A stretch of 41,502 nt of DNA from a candidate division WOR-3 bacterium (lineage in GTDB: Bacteria > SDB-A). Below the pieces are notes generated by a model. That model had not been told where the DNA came from, did no database searches, and saw only the letters and a list, made by a program, of their open reading frames with translations. Shown here in pieces: positions 1 to 8,628 of the stretch (its first letter is position 1; each line of letters begins with the position of its first letter). The translations under genes and the position numbers were made by a program. The stretch covers positions 1 to 41,502 of the forward strand of contig JAFGSQ010000024.1 in assembly GCA_016934535.1 (NCBI GenBank), read 5' to 3'.

Positions 1-1
1 A

Positions 2-1333
2 ATCGCTCCGACGATAAAAAACAACATTATTACAGACTGCTCGTACGGTATCCATTTTCAGAATACCGGAAACACCATAGCTCCCAACCTTGATTTCAAT
101 GACGTCTGGAACTGCGGGCAGAATTACATAAATATCTCGGATTCAGGCGAAAATTCAATAAGTGAAAACCCGATGTTTACGGATCATTTGGCTGTTTATT
201 GCGGATCGCCATGCATAGACAGAGGGAATCCGATTTACTTTTTCAATGATCCCGACGGCACGAGAAACGACATAGGCGCCACACCAGTTTTTCAGGTTCT
301 CGGTTACGACGACATCCAAACCACTATAAATGATTTACACGATTATAATGTCATTGCTCTTCATTCAGGAACTTATAGTTTAAGCGAACCTCTTGATTTT
401 CAAGGAAAAGACATTATTTTGATGTCTCATGATTATTTTTCGAGAGCCACAATTACGACATACAACGACACACTTGATTTGTTCGTTTTCGATGAATCCG
501 AAACCGAATCGGCTGAGTTGAGAAACCTTATTCTTGAAGGCGGAAGGATTGCCGTTTGGTGTAAAAACTCTTCTCCCACAATAAGAGGAAACTTGATAAT
601 TAGTCAAAATGTACAGAACTGGGCTGCGATTGCTCTCTCAGGTATGAATTGGGCAAGTTCAGGAAATTCTCCGGCAAGGATAATAAACAACACAATTGCC
701 AATTCTGCAAACGGAGGCATCTCGTCATTTTCAACATCCGCCCCGGAAATAAGAAACAATATAATCATCAACTGTACGTACGGAATTCATAAGCAAAGCC
801 CTTTTTTGCCGCTTGTCAACGACTACAACGACGTCTGGAGCTGCACTAACAATTATATTAACTGCTTGGTCGGATCAAATTCGATATCTTGTGATCCGGA
901 TCTCAATGAAGATTTCCTTCTTAACGCTAATTCTCCATGCATTGACAGCGGTGATCCTGACACTGTATACAACGATCCAGACGGATCCCGAAACGATATG
1001 GGCTGGTTTCCTTACTGTCAATTATCATATGACCAATATGCATGTAGTGAATCGGATCATTCCCCTGTATTGTGGTTTAATTGTTCCAGTGTTTCCGAAG
1101 GATTTTCAATCTCTTTCCATCTGTCGTATCCATCAGATGTCAAAATTGATATCTACAGCGTTGATGGAAGACTTGTAATAAATTTTATGGAAGATTATCT
1201 GAATCAGGGAACACACGTTATCAATTGGAACGGAAAAAATATTTCCGATCAGATCGTGTCCAACGGTGTTTACTTTTTCACTTTCAGAACAGGCGAAATC
1301 ATAAAATCCTTCAAATCTGTTGTTATAAGGTAA
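2..1333 (+). CDS. Secreted right-handed beta-helix (pectin-lyase-like) repeat protein with C-terminal FlgD-Ig/T9SS-type sorting domain; 5'-truncated at window edge
   Basis: Frame is open from base 2 (IAPTIKNNIITDCSYGIH...NDVWNC...) into the listed ORF at 173. It has N/I-rich beta-helix ladders (IINNTIANSANGGI), two SPCID-G-P...DPDG-RND-G motifs and a C-terminal IYSVDGRLV...WNGKN...GVYFF...KSVVIR. Confidence 0.8.
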   Translation: MAPTIKNNIITDCSYGIHFQNTGNTIAPNLDFNDVWNCGQNYINISDSGENSISENPMFTDHLAVYCGSPCIDRGNPIYFFNDPDGTRNDIGATPVFQVLGYDDIQTTINDLHDYNVIALHSGTYSLSEPLDFQGKDIILMSHDYFSRATITTYNDTLDLFVFDESETESAELRNLILEGGRIAVWCKNSSPTIRGNLIISQNVQNWAAIALSGMNWASSGNSPARIINNTIANSANGGISSFSTSAPEIRNNIIINCTYGIHKQSPFLPLVNDYNDVWSCTNNYINCLVGSNSISCDPDLNEDFLLNANSPCIDSGDPDTVYNDPDGSRNDMGWFPYCQLSYDQYACSESDHSPVLWFNCSSVSEGFSISFHLSYPSDVKIDIYSVDGRLVINFMEDYLNQGTHVINWNGKNISDQIVSNGVYFFTFRTGEIIKSFKSVVIR

Positions 1334-1340
1334 AAGCATG

Positions 1341-1368
1341 TTGCAAATTTGTATTTAAGTTATACAAT
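1341..1368 (+). promoter_or_regulatory. Putative sigma70 promoter for LVIVD gene
   Basis: TTGCAA (1341-1346), 16 bp, TACAAT (1363-1368); followed by SD AAGGAGG ending at 1383 and ATG 1389. Confidence 0.45.
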
Positions 1369-1388
1369 ATTAACAAAAGGAGGCGGTT

Positions 1389-2690
1389 ATGTTTGGTACA
1401 ATTCTGAGTTTTTTAATGTCGCTAGTCTCAACTCCTGAAGGCGCATTTACTTTGACAGGTCAATACGACACCCCTGGCTGGTCTCGTGATGTATTTGTTA
1501 GAGATAATTACGCCTACGTCGCTGACTATGATATGGGTTTGAGAATTATTGACGTTTCAAATCCCTCCAATCCCCAGGAAATCGGATTTTGCTCGACACC
1601 CGGATATGCATTCGGTGTTTTTGTAAAAGACAACTACGCTTATATTTCCTGCGATGTATATGATTATTTCTGTATTGTCGATATTTCGAATCCTTCAAAT
1701 CCCGTCATCACCAGCTACACTCAAATATTCGGCTCGGGATACAATGTTTTCGTATCAGGAAATTACGCTTATCTTGCCGTCGGTGATTACTTGGGCGGAT
1801 TGTACATATACAATGTTTCCAATCCGTATGAGCCTGCAATGACAGGATATTATTGGACATATTCCTCAATTGGGGTTTATGTTGTTGACAATATTGCTTT
1901 GCTTGCGGCCGGTTACCTTTTCACAATCGATGTAACAAATCCCAACAATCCGGTGCCGTTAGACAGTTATTATGACAATTACAACGAATACGCATACGAC
2001 GTCTGTTGTGAAGGCAATTACGCATATTGCACCTTTGATTACGGCAATAAAACAAGTGAAGAAAATGACGCTTTGTTTTATTCAAAACTTCCAAAGTCAA
2101 ATAATTCCGAATGTCTTGTTTCAAACGGCGGATTGAGGATTATTGATATAGCAGATCCTGCGAATATCCAACTTGCTGGCTACGTCAATACTTCCATGGA
2201 CGCTTTTGGAGTATCCGTCAATGACGGGTATGCTTTTACCACGGGCTGGATAAACGGGGGAATACAGGCTGTAAATGTAATAAATCCTCTCAATCCTTTT
2301 CTTGCGGGATCATACAACACTCAGGGTGAAGCGAGAGATGTTTTCTGTTATGATAATTATATATTTCTTGCCGACGGTCAAAGCGGTTTGAAAATATTCC
2401 AGTATTCGGCGCTTGGAGTTGAAGAACAACCTGACAACAATGTACATAACAACAGTCTGACTATTACACAAAACCAAAACCGAGAAGTAACTTTTAATTA
2501 TTTTCTCGAAGGACCTGCCCAAATTGAATTAAAGATAATTGACGTTTCAGGAAGAATTGTTTTTGAGTCCTCAGCAGGATTTCATGGCGGGAATCAACAA
2601 TTCACATTCCGTGCTGAAAAAGCGGGCACATATTTTTTGATTTTCAAGAATTCAGAAAATATTTTAAACAAAAGCTTTATTGTTTTATGA
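1389..2690 (+). CDS. LVIVD-repeat beta-propeller protein with C-terminal T9SS-type sorting domain
   Basis: About 6-7 repeats of the type [34 protein letters not shown] linker, then IIDVSGRIV...GTYFL...KSFIVL; strong SD. Confidence 0.85.
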   Translation: MFGTILSFLMSLVSTPEGAFTLTGQYDTPGWSRDVFVRDNYAYVADYDMGLRIIDVSNPSNPQEIGFCSTPGYAFGVFVKDNYAYISCDVYDYFCIVDISNPSNPVITSYTQIFGSGYNVFVSGNYAYLAVGDYLGGLYIYNVSNPYEPAMTGYYWTYSSIGVYVVDNIALLAAGYLFTIDVTNPNNPVPLDSYYDNYNEYAYDVCCEGNYAYCTFDYGNKTSEENDALFYSKLPKSNNSECLVSNGGLRIIDIADPANIQLAGYVNTSMDAFGVSVNDGYAFTTGWINGGIQAVNVINPLNPFLAGSYNTQGEARDVFCYDNYIFLADGQSGLKIFQYSALGVEEQPDNNVHNNSLTITQNQNREVTFNYFLEGPAQIELKIIDVSGRIVFESSAGFHGGNQQFTFRAEKAGTYFLIFKNSENILNKSFIVL

Positions 2691-2722
2691 TTTGAATTTA
2701 CTGACGCTTATGGGCGTTGCTC

Positions 2723-4066
2723 TTAAACATTGAAGATTTTTTTTAACTGTTCAATGTCCGTAAATTCAGCGTTTTGACTTTTAAGTAAATCAAGGATTTC
2801 AGTGTATTTCTCGAGCCCTTTTTCAAATCCCCCTTCCTCGCAATTAATGTTGTGCCAAAGAAGAGTGAAAAGCCCTCCCGTGAATTTGATGTGACCAATG
2901 ATCTCGTTCACAAGATCTTTTTCGCTGGAAACTTTGTTTCCTATGTATTTCGTGTAAGTCCTATCCATGAAATTCAACGGAAAAGCCGTGATTTTCAAAC
3001 TTTCTCCTTCTGTCAAAGGATGAAAAGGAACGGTTATACCGCCCCTGAATCTGCACGAATCGAAAAATCCCATAGAAAAATCGTTCTCAATTCCGGCTTT
3101 TTCCGAACTTATCCAGCTTTCAGGAAATACCATGTTAATGTAATGCTGTCTGTTGGAAGTCACTTTTTCACCCAAAAACTTTTCAAGCAACATTTTCTCT
3201 TCCATCATTTTATTGGGATCTTTGTTTGCGTAAAAAGAAGTGTGAAGTGCTAAAGAATTTCCTGATTTTTTCAAACGCTCGAAAAGCCACCCCGTTTTTT
3301 CGACAAAAACTGTTCCGCTTTTCTTAAAAACAGCTTTCAAAAAATTACCACTGTCGGTTAGAAAGAAATAAACTGATCTCGCGTCTTTTTCAGCTTCAGC
3401 TTTTTCAAAATCGCCGATGCAATTTAAATAGGGATTAGACCTGCCAAAAACCCTCAGAAAAGTTCTCATTGAGAAAACAATTTTAAGTTTTAATAAAAGC
3501 TGGAAGCTTCTCGCCAGCAAAAACAATCTCCAGGACGACAAATAGTCAATGTCGTGAGTCAATAATACATAAAATTTATCTTCACTGTTAAAAATAAATT
3601 TTTCGGTTTTCAAATATCCGTATGCAGATTTCAATATTTTTGCATAGTAATTTACGCTGGGAATACTCAAATCTTCATACAAAACATTTTCTCGGCTTAT
3701 CACGCGTCCGTATTTATCCAAAGGGCTTTCTTCTTCATATTCGAGAGAAATAAGATACTGCGAGGATCGGACAGGGTCAAAGCGCAAAGCAATAGAATTC
3801 AATTCTTTCGAATAATAAGCCGCCGCCGATCCGTCTTCAAAAAACAGCATGATCTCGCCTTCAAAATCGGTTTCCGATGTGAAATAAACCGGTATCTTTT
3901 TTTCATCGATCACTATGACTTTTCTTTTTTTTTCAGTTGATAATATTACTATTTTGTTCTTCTTGTAACTGTCAGACCATTCGATCGATGACGCATATTG
4001 CGTTTCAGCAGGTAAAACCGAATCGAACAGTTTCAATATCTGATCTTGTGATTTTATAAGGTCCAT
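2723..4066 (-). CDS. Polysaccharide deacetylase family protein (CE4/NodB-like)
   Basis: LTHDIDY metal motif, ALHTSF, SNRQHY, DFSMGF...FRGG, FPLNFMD and TLLWHN motifs typical of glycan-locus CE4 proteins. Confidence 0.8.
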   Translation of the reverse strand: MDLIKSQDQILKLFDSVLPAETQYASSIEWSDSYKKNKIVILSTEKKRKVIVIDEKKIPVYFTSETDFEGEIMLFFEDGSAAAYYSKELNSIALRFDPVRSSQYLISLEYEEESPLDKYGRVISRENVLYEDLSIPSVNYYAKILKSAYGYLKTEKFIFNSEDKFYVLLTHDIDYLSSWRLFLLARSFQLLLKLKIVFSMRTFLRVFGRSNPYLNCIGDFEKAEAEKDARSVYFFLTDSGNFLKAVFKKSGTVFVEKTGWLFERLKKSGNSLALHTSFYANKDPNKMMEEKMLLEKFLGEKVTSNRQHYINMVFPESWISSEKAGIENDFSMGFFDSCRFRGGITVPFHPLTEGESLKITAFPLNFMDRTYTKYIGNKVSSEKDLVNEIIGHIKFTGGLFTLLWHNINCEEGGFEKGLEKYTEILDLLKSQNAEFTDIEQLKKIFNV

Positions 4067-4077
4067 GTCACCTCTTT

Positions 4078-5154
4078 TTATAGGGAAAGAAAAAATGAGT
4101 TGAAATCAATGTTTTTACTCCGTATGAAATCAGAATCTTTGCTTTTTATGTATATGTCAAAATTCATTTTTTTTCCAGGAAATAAATATCTTTTTAAACA
4201 TGACATGACCTTGTTTTTTTGACTTTTATAATAAGGCATGGAAAATTCAGGAAACACGACACATGATACTTTTTTTTTCTTGGCAAGGTATAAAATATAC
4301 TCGAATATACCTGAATACAGATTCAAATCCGCAACGTTCCAATATACTATCCAAATTGAGTTTTCCGGCTTTGTGCTTTTCCAAAGAATTATCCTTTTTT
4401 TGTTGTCCTCAAATTCGAGATTAATCAATCTTCCTGATTTAAAAAACCAGGAAACTGTTTTTGGATCAAGAGATATTCCCCACTGATTTTCAGTATATTC
4501 TTTTGTATACAATGCTTCTTCCGGTTCGTTTTCACTGTAACGAATATTTCCTGTTGAAACATTTGTAATAGAATTTTTCCAACTGTTCAATTTGTCAGAC
4601 ATTATGTTCAAAGCGAATAAAATCTTTATCGATATTTTTTGAAACGCGTTTTCAGCTGTTTCTTCCATGCTTTTATGTGAGATAATATTAAGGTACATTT
4701 TTTCCGACATGGAAATCTTTTTAAATCCGGACAATTTATTTATTAAACAAACACCGGGGTTCATGCTGATCGCATGAATTGGATCCACACCGTCTATCAT
4801 TGCCGCATTGTATAAACTCATAACCATACCTGAAAGAAGCGGCGTATCTTTACTCCCGTCGAAAACTGCTGATTTTCTGTATTTTTGATCGAGAATCATG
4901 GCTTCCGATTTGCCGGATTTCATTTCTCTTCCATCTTTTATTATTTTCACGGGAATTACAGAGCAATGACCGATAATTTTTTTTCCATCGTAAGCGAATG
5001 AGTGGTATGAATAACCGTAAGGATTTTTATTGAATTTATTCAAGCAGTAATCAAAATCAGCAAACCGTGAATCGAATTTCCCGTACAGATCCGAAACAGT
5101 TTTGATTATTTCTTCACTCAATGGTCCTTTGACAGCTTCTACAGATAGACTCAT
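4078..5154 (-). CDS. GNAT-family N-acyltransferase
   Basis: FNKNPYG...AYDGKKIIGHCSVIPV...EAMILDQKYRK (GNAT motif A region); ATGA overlap with the upstream ligase. Confidence 0.65.
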   Translation of the reverse strand: MSLSVEAVKGPLSEEIIKTVSDLYGKFDSRFADFDYCLNKFNKNPYGYSYHSFAYDGKKIIGHCSVIPVKIIKDGREMKSGKSEAMILDQKYRKSAVFDGSKDTPLLSGMVMSLYNAAMIDGVDPIHAISMNPGVCLINKLSGFKKISMSEKMYLNIISHKSMEETAENAFQKISIKILFALNIMSDKLNSWKNSITNVSTGNIRYSENEPEEALYTKEYTENQWGISLDPKTVSWFFKSGRLINLEFEDNKKRIILWKSTKPENSIWIVYWNVADLNLYSGIFEYILYLAKKKKVSCVVFPEFSMPYYKSQKNKVMSCLKRYLFPGKKMNFDIYIKSKDSDFIRSKNIDFNSFFLSL

Positions 5155-6509
5155 GTATCCTTTTTATTTCTTGTTTTTTTTATTACAGAGGATTGCCCGT
5201 AAGATTCCATGAAATTCACCTCAACCGGTATTTTATATTCTTCGAGTTTTTTTCTGCAGTGAGCACGGATTCTTTTTTTAATTTCATTTTTTGTTATTTC
5301 TGATGTAATTAAAACATCGGCAGCGACAATTTTTCCAAGAATCGGATTGTTTTTACCATAAACCACAACTTCGGAAATTTCAGGCATTTCGTAAATGACG
5401 TTTTCAACCTCTAGAGGCAGGACTTTTTCTCCACCGACATTAATCACATCGGATTCCCTGCCCAGGATTTTAAAATACTCTCCGTCAACTTCTACTAAAT
5501 CCCCTGTTGGATAAAATCCTTCTTCGTCAAACGGATTTTCTTCGTTCAAATATCCAATCATTGATGATTCGGTCTTAATGTACAATTTCGAATCAATTAT
5601 TTTTGTTTTCAAAGATCCGTCATTCATTTTTATCCACTTTGAGTCCTTGCTCCTGTTTTTTGTCCTGAAAGAACCCGTCTCAGTCAAACCATATTTCTGG
5701 ATTATCTTTACATGAGGAAATTGCTCATTGAGTTTCATCAAAACGGAATCCATTATGGGTTCAGCTCCGTAAGTAATTATTTTTAGAGAAGATAAATCGT
5801 GTTTTTGATACTCTTTGGACAACAATAAAAGATTTAAAAAAGATGGGGTTGTCGGAAGCAGTTCGATTCCGTACTTTTCAATTGCTCGGCATACCGAATA
5901 CGGATCTCTGTTACGAACAGTAACTACCGTTCCTCCGTTAAGAAGAACATCAAAAAGGGTGTCGAGACCTCCGATATGATCAAAAAACATAAAAGGTATT
6001 GTTCGGAGAGAGGCGTGAACCGTGTTTTGAAATTTTCGCAGGAGTCTTGTCAAATCGTGTAAAACTCCCTTGCTCTTCCCCGTAGTCCCCGAAGTGAATA
6101 ATACAATCCCGGGTCTGATTTGCTTCGAAAAATCTATTATCATTCTGTTTTTGGGATTTCTGCCAGTGTCTGTAAAATTCAATTCTCCGTTCTCGAGAAT
6201 CACTGCCTCGCGTGAGACATCCGCTTCCTCGAAAAACTCACGTTTTCTCTGCGGGGAATTTGCCACGGGAACAATGATGTTGCTGTTTTTTATAAGCGCC
6301 ATCAACAGCGAAATCGATCCCATGCTGAAATCAGTTGCCAGGCCGACTGTTTCGCCGCCAGTTATTCCCTGGGATAAAATACTGCTGTATAACATTCCTA
6401 TTTTGTCTATTAATTCGCCGTACGTTGCTGCTTTATTCTCTTGAATAACAGCTTCTTTGGCCGTATCAATACCTTTGAGTCTTTCAAATAGCCAGGAAAG
6501 TTCATGCAT
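5151..6509 (-). CDS. ANL-family adenylating enzyme (acyl-CoA/acyl-ACP ligase)
   Basis: P-loop LFTSGTTGKSKG, YGAEP, YGLTETG, TGDL, GRESDVINVGGEKVLPLEVE and YKIP. Confidence 0.9.
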   Translation of the reverse strand: MHELSWLFERLKGIDTAKEAVIQENKAATYGELIDKIGMLYSSILSQGITGGETVGLATDFSMGSISLLMALIKNSNIIVPVANSPQRKREFFEEADVSREAVILENGELNFTDTGRNPKNRMIIDFSKQIRPGIVLFTSGTTGKSKGVLHDLTRLLRKFQNTVHASLRTIPFMFFDHIGGLDTLFDVLLNGGTVVTVRNRDPYSVCRAIEKYGIELLPTTPSFLNLLLLSKEYQKHDLSSLKIITYGAEPIMDSVLMKLNEQFPHVKIIQKYGLTETGSFRTKNRSKDSKWIKMNDGSLKTKIIDSKLYIKTESSMIGYLNEENPFDEEGFYPTGDLVEVDGEYFKILGRESDVINVGGEKVLPLEVENVIYEMPEISEVVVYGKNNPILGKIVAADVLITSEITKNEIKKRIRAHCRKKLEEYKIPVEVNFMESYGQSSVIKKTRNKKDT

Positions 6510-6515
6510 TAAAAA

Positions 6516-7214
6516 CTACCTGACACCGCCGAGATATATGACCTGACCTGTTATAAAATCGCTTTCAGGTCTTATAAAAAAATCTATGACATTTGATATA
6601 TCTTTGAATTCTCCCAATCTTTGGATAGTTTGACGTCCGATCAAAGAATCCATTTTTGATTTTGGAACATTTTTAATCAAATCGGTATAAACAGGTGTCG
6701 GACCAACTGCGTTGCATGTGATGTTGAAAGGAGCGAGCTCTTTTGCCATGATTTCAGTCATGCTTTCGACAGAGCTTTTAGAAGAGGCGTAAGCCATTTC
6801 ACCTTCAAGTCTTAAAGGAGTAGCCACGGTCGCGAAATTTATTATCCTCCCGTATTTCTTTCTCATCATTATTTTTGAGCTTTCTCTCGCAAAAACAAAC
6901 GTCCCCAAAACATTTGTTCTGTATATTTTTTCCATGGAAGCAAGAGGTGTCATAATGAAATGATTCATGGAAGCGATGCCGGCATTGTTTATCAAAACGT
7001 CTATTCCGCCGCTGTCTTTGCTGACCGCCCTTATCATTTTTACAACCGCGCCTTCATCTGATACATCAAGATTGAAATGACTGTATCTTCCGTGTTTTAA
7101 ATCGGATTCTCCACGGCTGCACCCTGCAACGGTTTTCCCTTTTTCAAGATAATATTCGGCAAGATATCTGCCTATCCCTTTGCTGGTGCCCGTTATAACG
7201 AATACATTATTCAT
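6516..7214 (-). CDS. SDR oxidoreductase, 3-oxoacyl-ACP reductase-like
   Basis: TGTSKGIG, LINNAGI, YASSK (YxxxK), ITGQVIYLGG; adjacent to an ACP. Confidence 0.9.
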   Translation of the reverse strand: MNNVFVITGTSKGIGRYLAEYYLEKGKTVAGCSRGESDLKHGRYSHFNLDVSDEGAVVKMIRAVSKDSGGIDVLINNAGIASMNHFIMTPLASMEKIYRTNVLGTFVFARESSKIMMRKKYGRIINFATVATPLRLEGEMAYASSKSSVESMTEIMAKELAPFNITCNAVGPTPVYTDLIKNVPKSKMDSLIGRQTIQRLGEFKDISNVIDFFIRPESDFITGQVIYLGGVR

Positions 7215-7512
7215 CGTGTTTGCTGTTCATCAACTTAAACACATAATCAGTCAAAGCGGCTATCGTTCTGAACGGTGAAGATCTCTGGCTCATGGCTCTT
7301 TCATCCGCAATTACAATTTCTTTTTTATATTCGTCCGATATTTTTTGCTCGACAGATGTCAAAATATTGACGAGCCCCAATGAATCGACGATTCCGTTTT
7401 CTCCATATAGAATTGTGTCATCGCCAGGATTTTTCCTGGTTTTTATGTTCATCTCTTCAGTCGTTTCAACGACAGAATGAATAATTATGGATTTAATACT
7501 TTCGATATCCAC
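7207..7512 (-). CDS. Acyl carrier protein
   Basis: GIVDSLGLV phosphopantetheine site, acidic 101 aa, SPFRTI..L tail; GTG start with GGGAG SD. Confidence 0.85.
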   Translation of the reverse strand: MDIESIKSIIIHSVVETTEEMNIKTRKNPGDDTILYGENGIVDSLGLVNILTSVEQKISDEYKKEIVIADERAMSQRSSPFRTIAALTDYVFKLMNSKHDE

Positions 7513-7605
7513 TCAAACTCCCTGTCAATAAAAATTTTGAATATTATAGACACCAAACAAAATAACTATAAAACGTACTTCTCGGATTGTGCTGAATTTT
7601 TACCT

Positions 7606-7634
7606 ATGATATATTATTGAACAATTTATGTCAA
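7606..7634 (-). promoter_or_regulatory. Sigma70 promoter for the ACP-SDR-ligase-GNAT-deacetylase operon
   Basis: Minus strand TTGACA (7634-7629), 17 bp, TATCAT (7611-7606); near consensus, in an AT-rich divergent intergenic region. Confidence 0.65.
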
Positions 7635-7677
7635 CTTTTGGGACCATTGAGTAACGTTTTGGAATAATTCAATAATA

Positions 7678-8628
7678 ATGAAGAGTAAAATATTCAATGC
7701 ATTAATGCTTGCCCTGCTTTTGATTTCAATCGCTTTTTTAATTAAAAACATATATGGCAATTGGAATCAAATCAGAAACGTTTCATTTAAACCTAACTAT
7801 ACTCTTTTGACAGCCTCATTTTTACTTGAAATATTCATCCAGTTCTTCGGAGTTTTTCTGTGGCTGAGAATTGTCAGACTTTTTAAAGTCAATGTGTCGT
7901 ATAAAAAAGTGTTAAAAATCTGGTTTGTTTCATCTCTCGGCAGATATATTCCTGGAAAAATATGGCATTTCGCCGGAATGACATATTTTTTAACAAAGGA
8001 AGGCGTCAACACTGAAGTCTCTTTCACTTCATCATTTATTGTACAGATATATTCTATTCTAACAGGGGCGATAATCGGCGCTTTCACCTTGGTCTCAATT
8101 ACTAAAAATCTCAATCCCATAGCTTTGGGAATTTTCATAATTTTATGCTTCGTTCTTGGATTAATTGTTTCGAATAAAAAATTGATTAACTCATTTTTAT
8201 ATTTTATCGCCGAAAAAAGAAAACAGAAAAAACAAGAGATTGAATTCAGTTCCTTTTATCTGCCTTTATTCCTGCTTCTGTATGTTTTCTTTTGGTTTGT
8301 AAGAGGACTTAGTTTTTATCTGTTCATAAAATCTTTTACGATGCCGGAAGTGAATGCACGCGTGTTTTCCTGTGAGTTTTTAACGGCCACATCTGTATTT
8401 TCAGCAAGCTATATTTCAGGTCTCCTCTTTTTACTTTCTCCAGGCGGAGTAGGAATCAGAGAAGGCGTAATGTCATCGTTGTTGAATAAATGCATGGGAA
8501 TCTCTATTGGGATTTCATCAATGATAACTGTTTTTAACAGGATCATGCTTACCGTAACAGAATTGCTTTGTCTTTTTATCAGCCTGGCAATCAACTGGAG
8601 GAAAAGTGGGAAAACAATCAAAAAATGA
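7678..8628 (+). CDS. LPG_synthase_TM / UPF0104 flippase-like membrane protein
   Basis: Multi-TM; WFVSSLGRYIPGKIW and SPGGVGIREG motifs characteristic of the family. Confidence 0.85.
   Translation: MKSKIFNALMLALLLISIAFLIKNIYGNWNQIRNVSFKPNYTLLTASFLLEIFIQFFGVFLWLRIVRLFKVNVSYKKVLKIWFVSSLGRYIPGKIWHFAGMTYFLTKEGVNTEVSFTSSFIVQIYSILTGAIIGAFTLVSITKNLNPIALGIFIILCFVLGLIVSNKKLINSFLYFIAEKRKQKKQEIEFSSFYLPLFLLLYVFFWFVRGLSFYLFIKSFTMPEVNARVFSCEFLTATSVFSASYISGLLFLLSPGGVGIREGVMSSLLNKCMGISIGISSMITVFNRIMLTVTELLCLFISLAINWRKSGKTIKK

Noticed and set aside
1440-2400. Repeats as CRISPR or DNA repeat array
   Set aside because: They are degenerate protein-level LVIVD repeats within a CDS.
2703-2718. Hairpin between the convergent LVIVD and deacetylase genes
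   Set aside because: Short stem with G-U pairs and no adjacent U-tract; too weak to call.
3925-4278. T9 tracts in the deacetylase (3925-3933) and GNAT (4270-4278) genes as phase-variation sites
   Set aside because: They encode Lys runs in AT-rich DNA, both frames are intact, and similar tracts occur in trmD.
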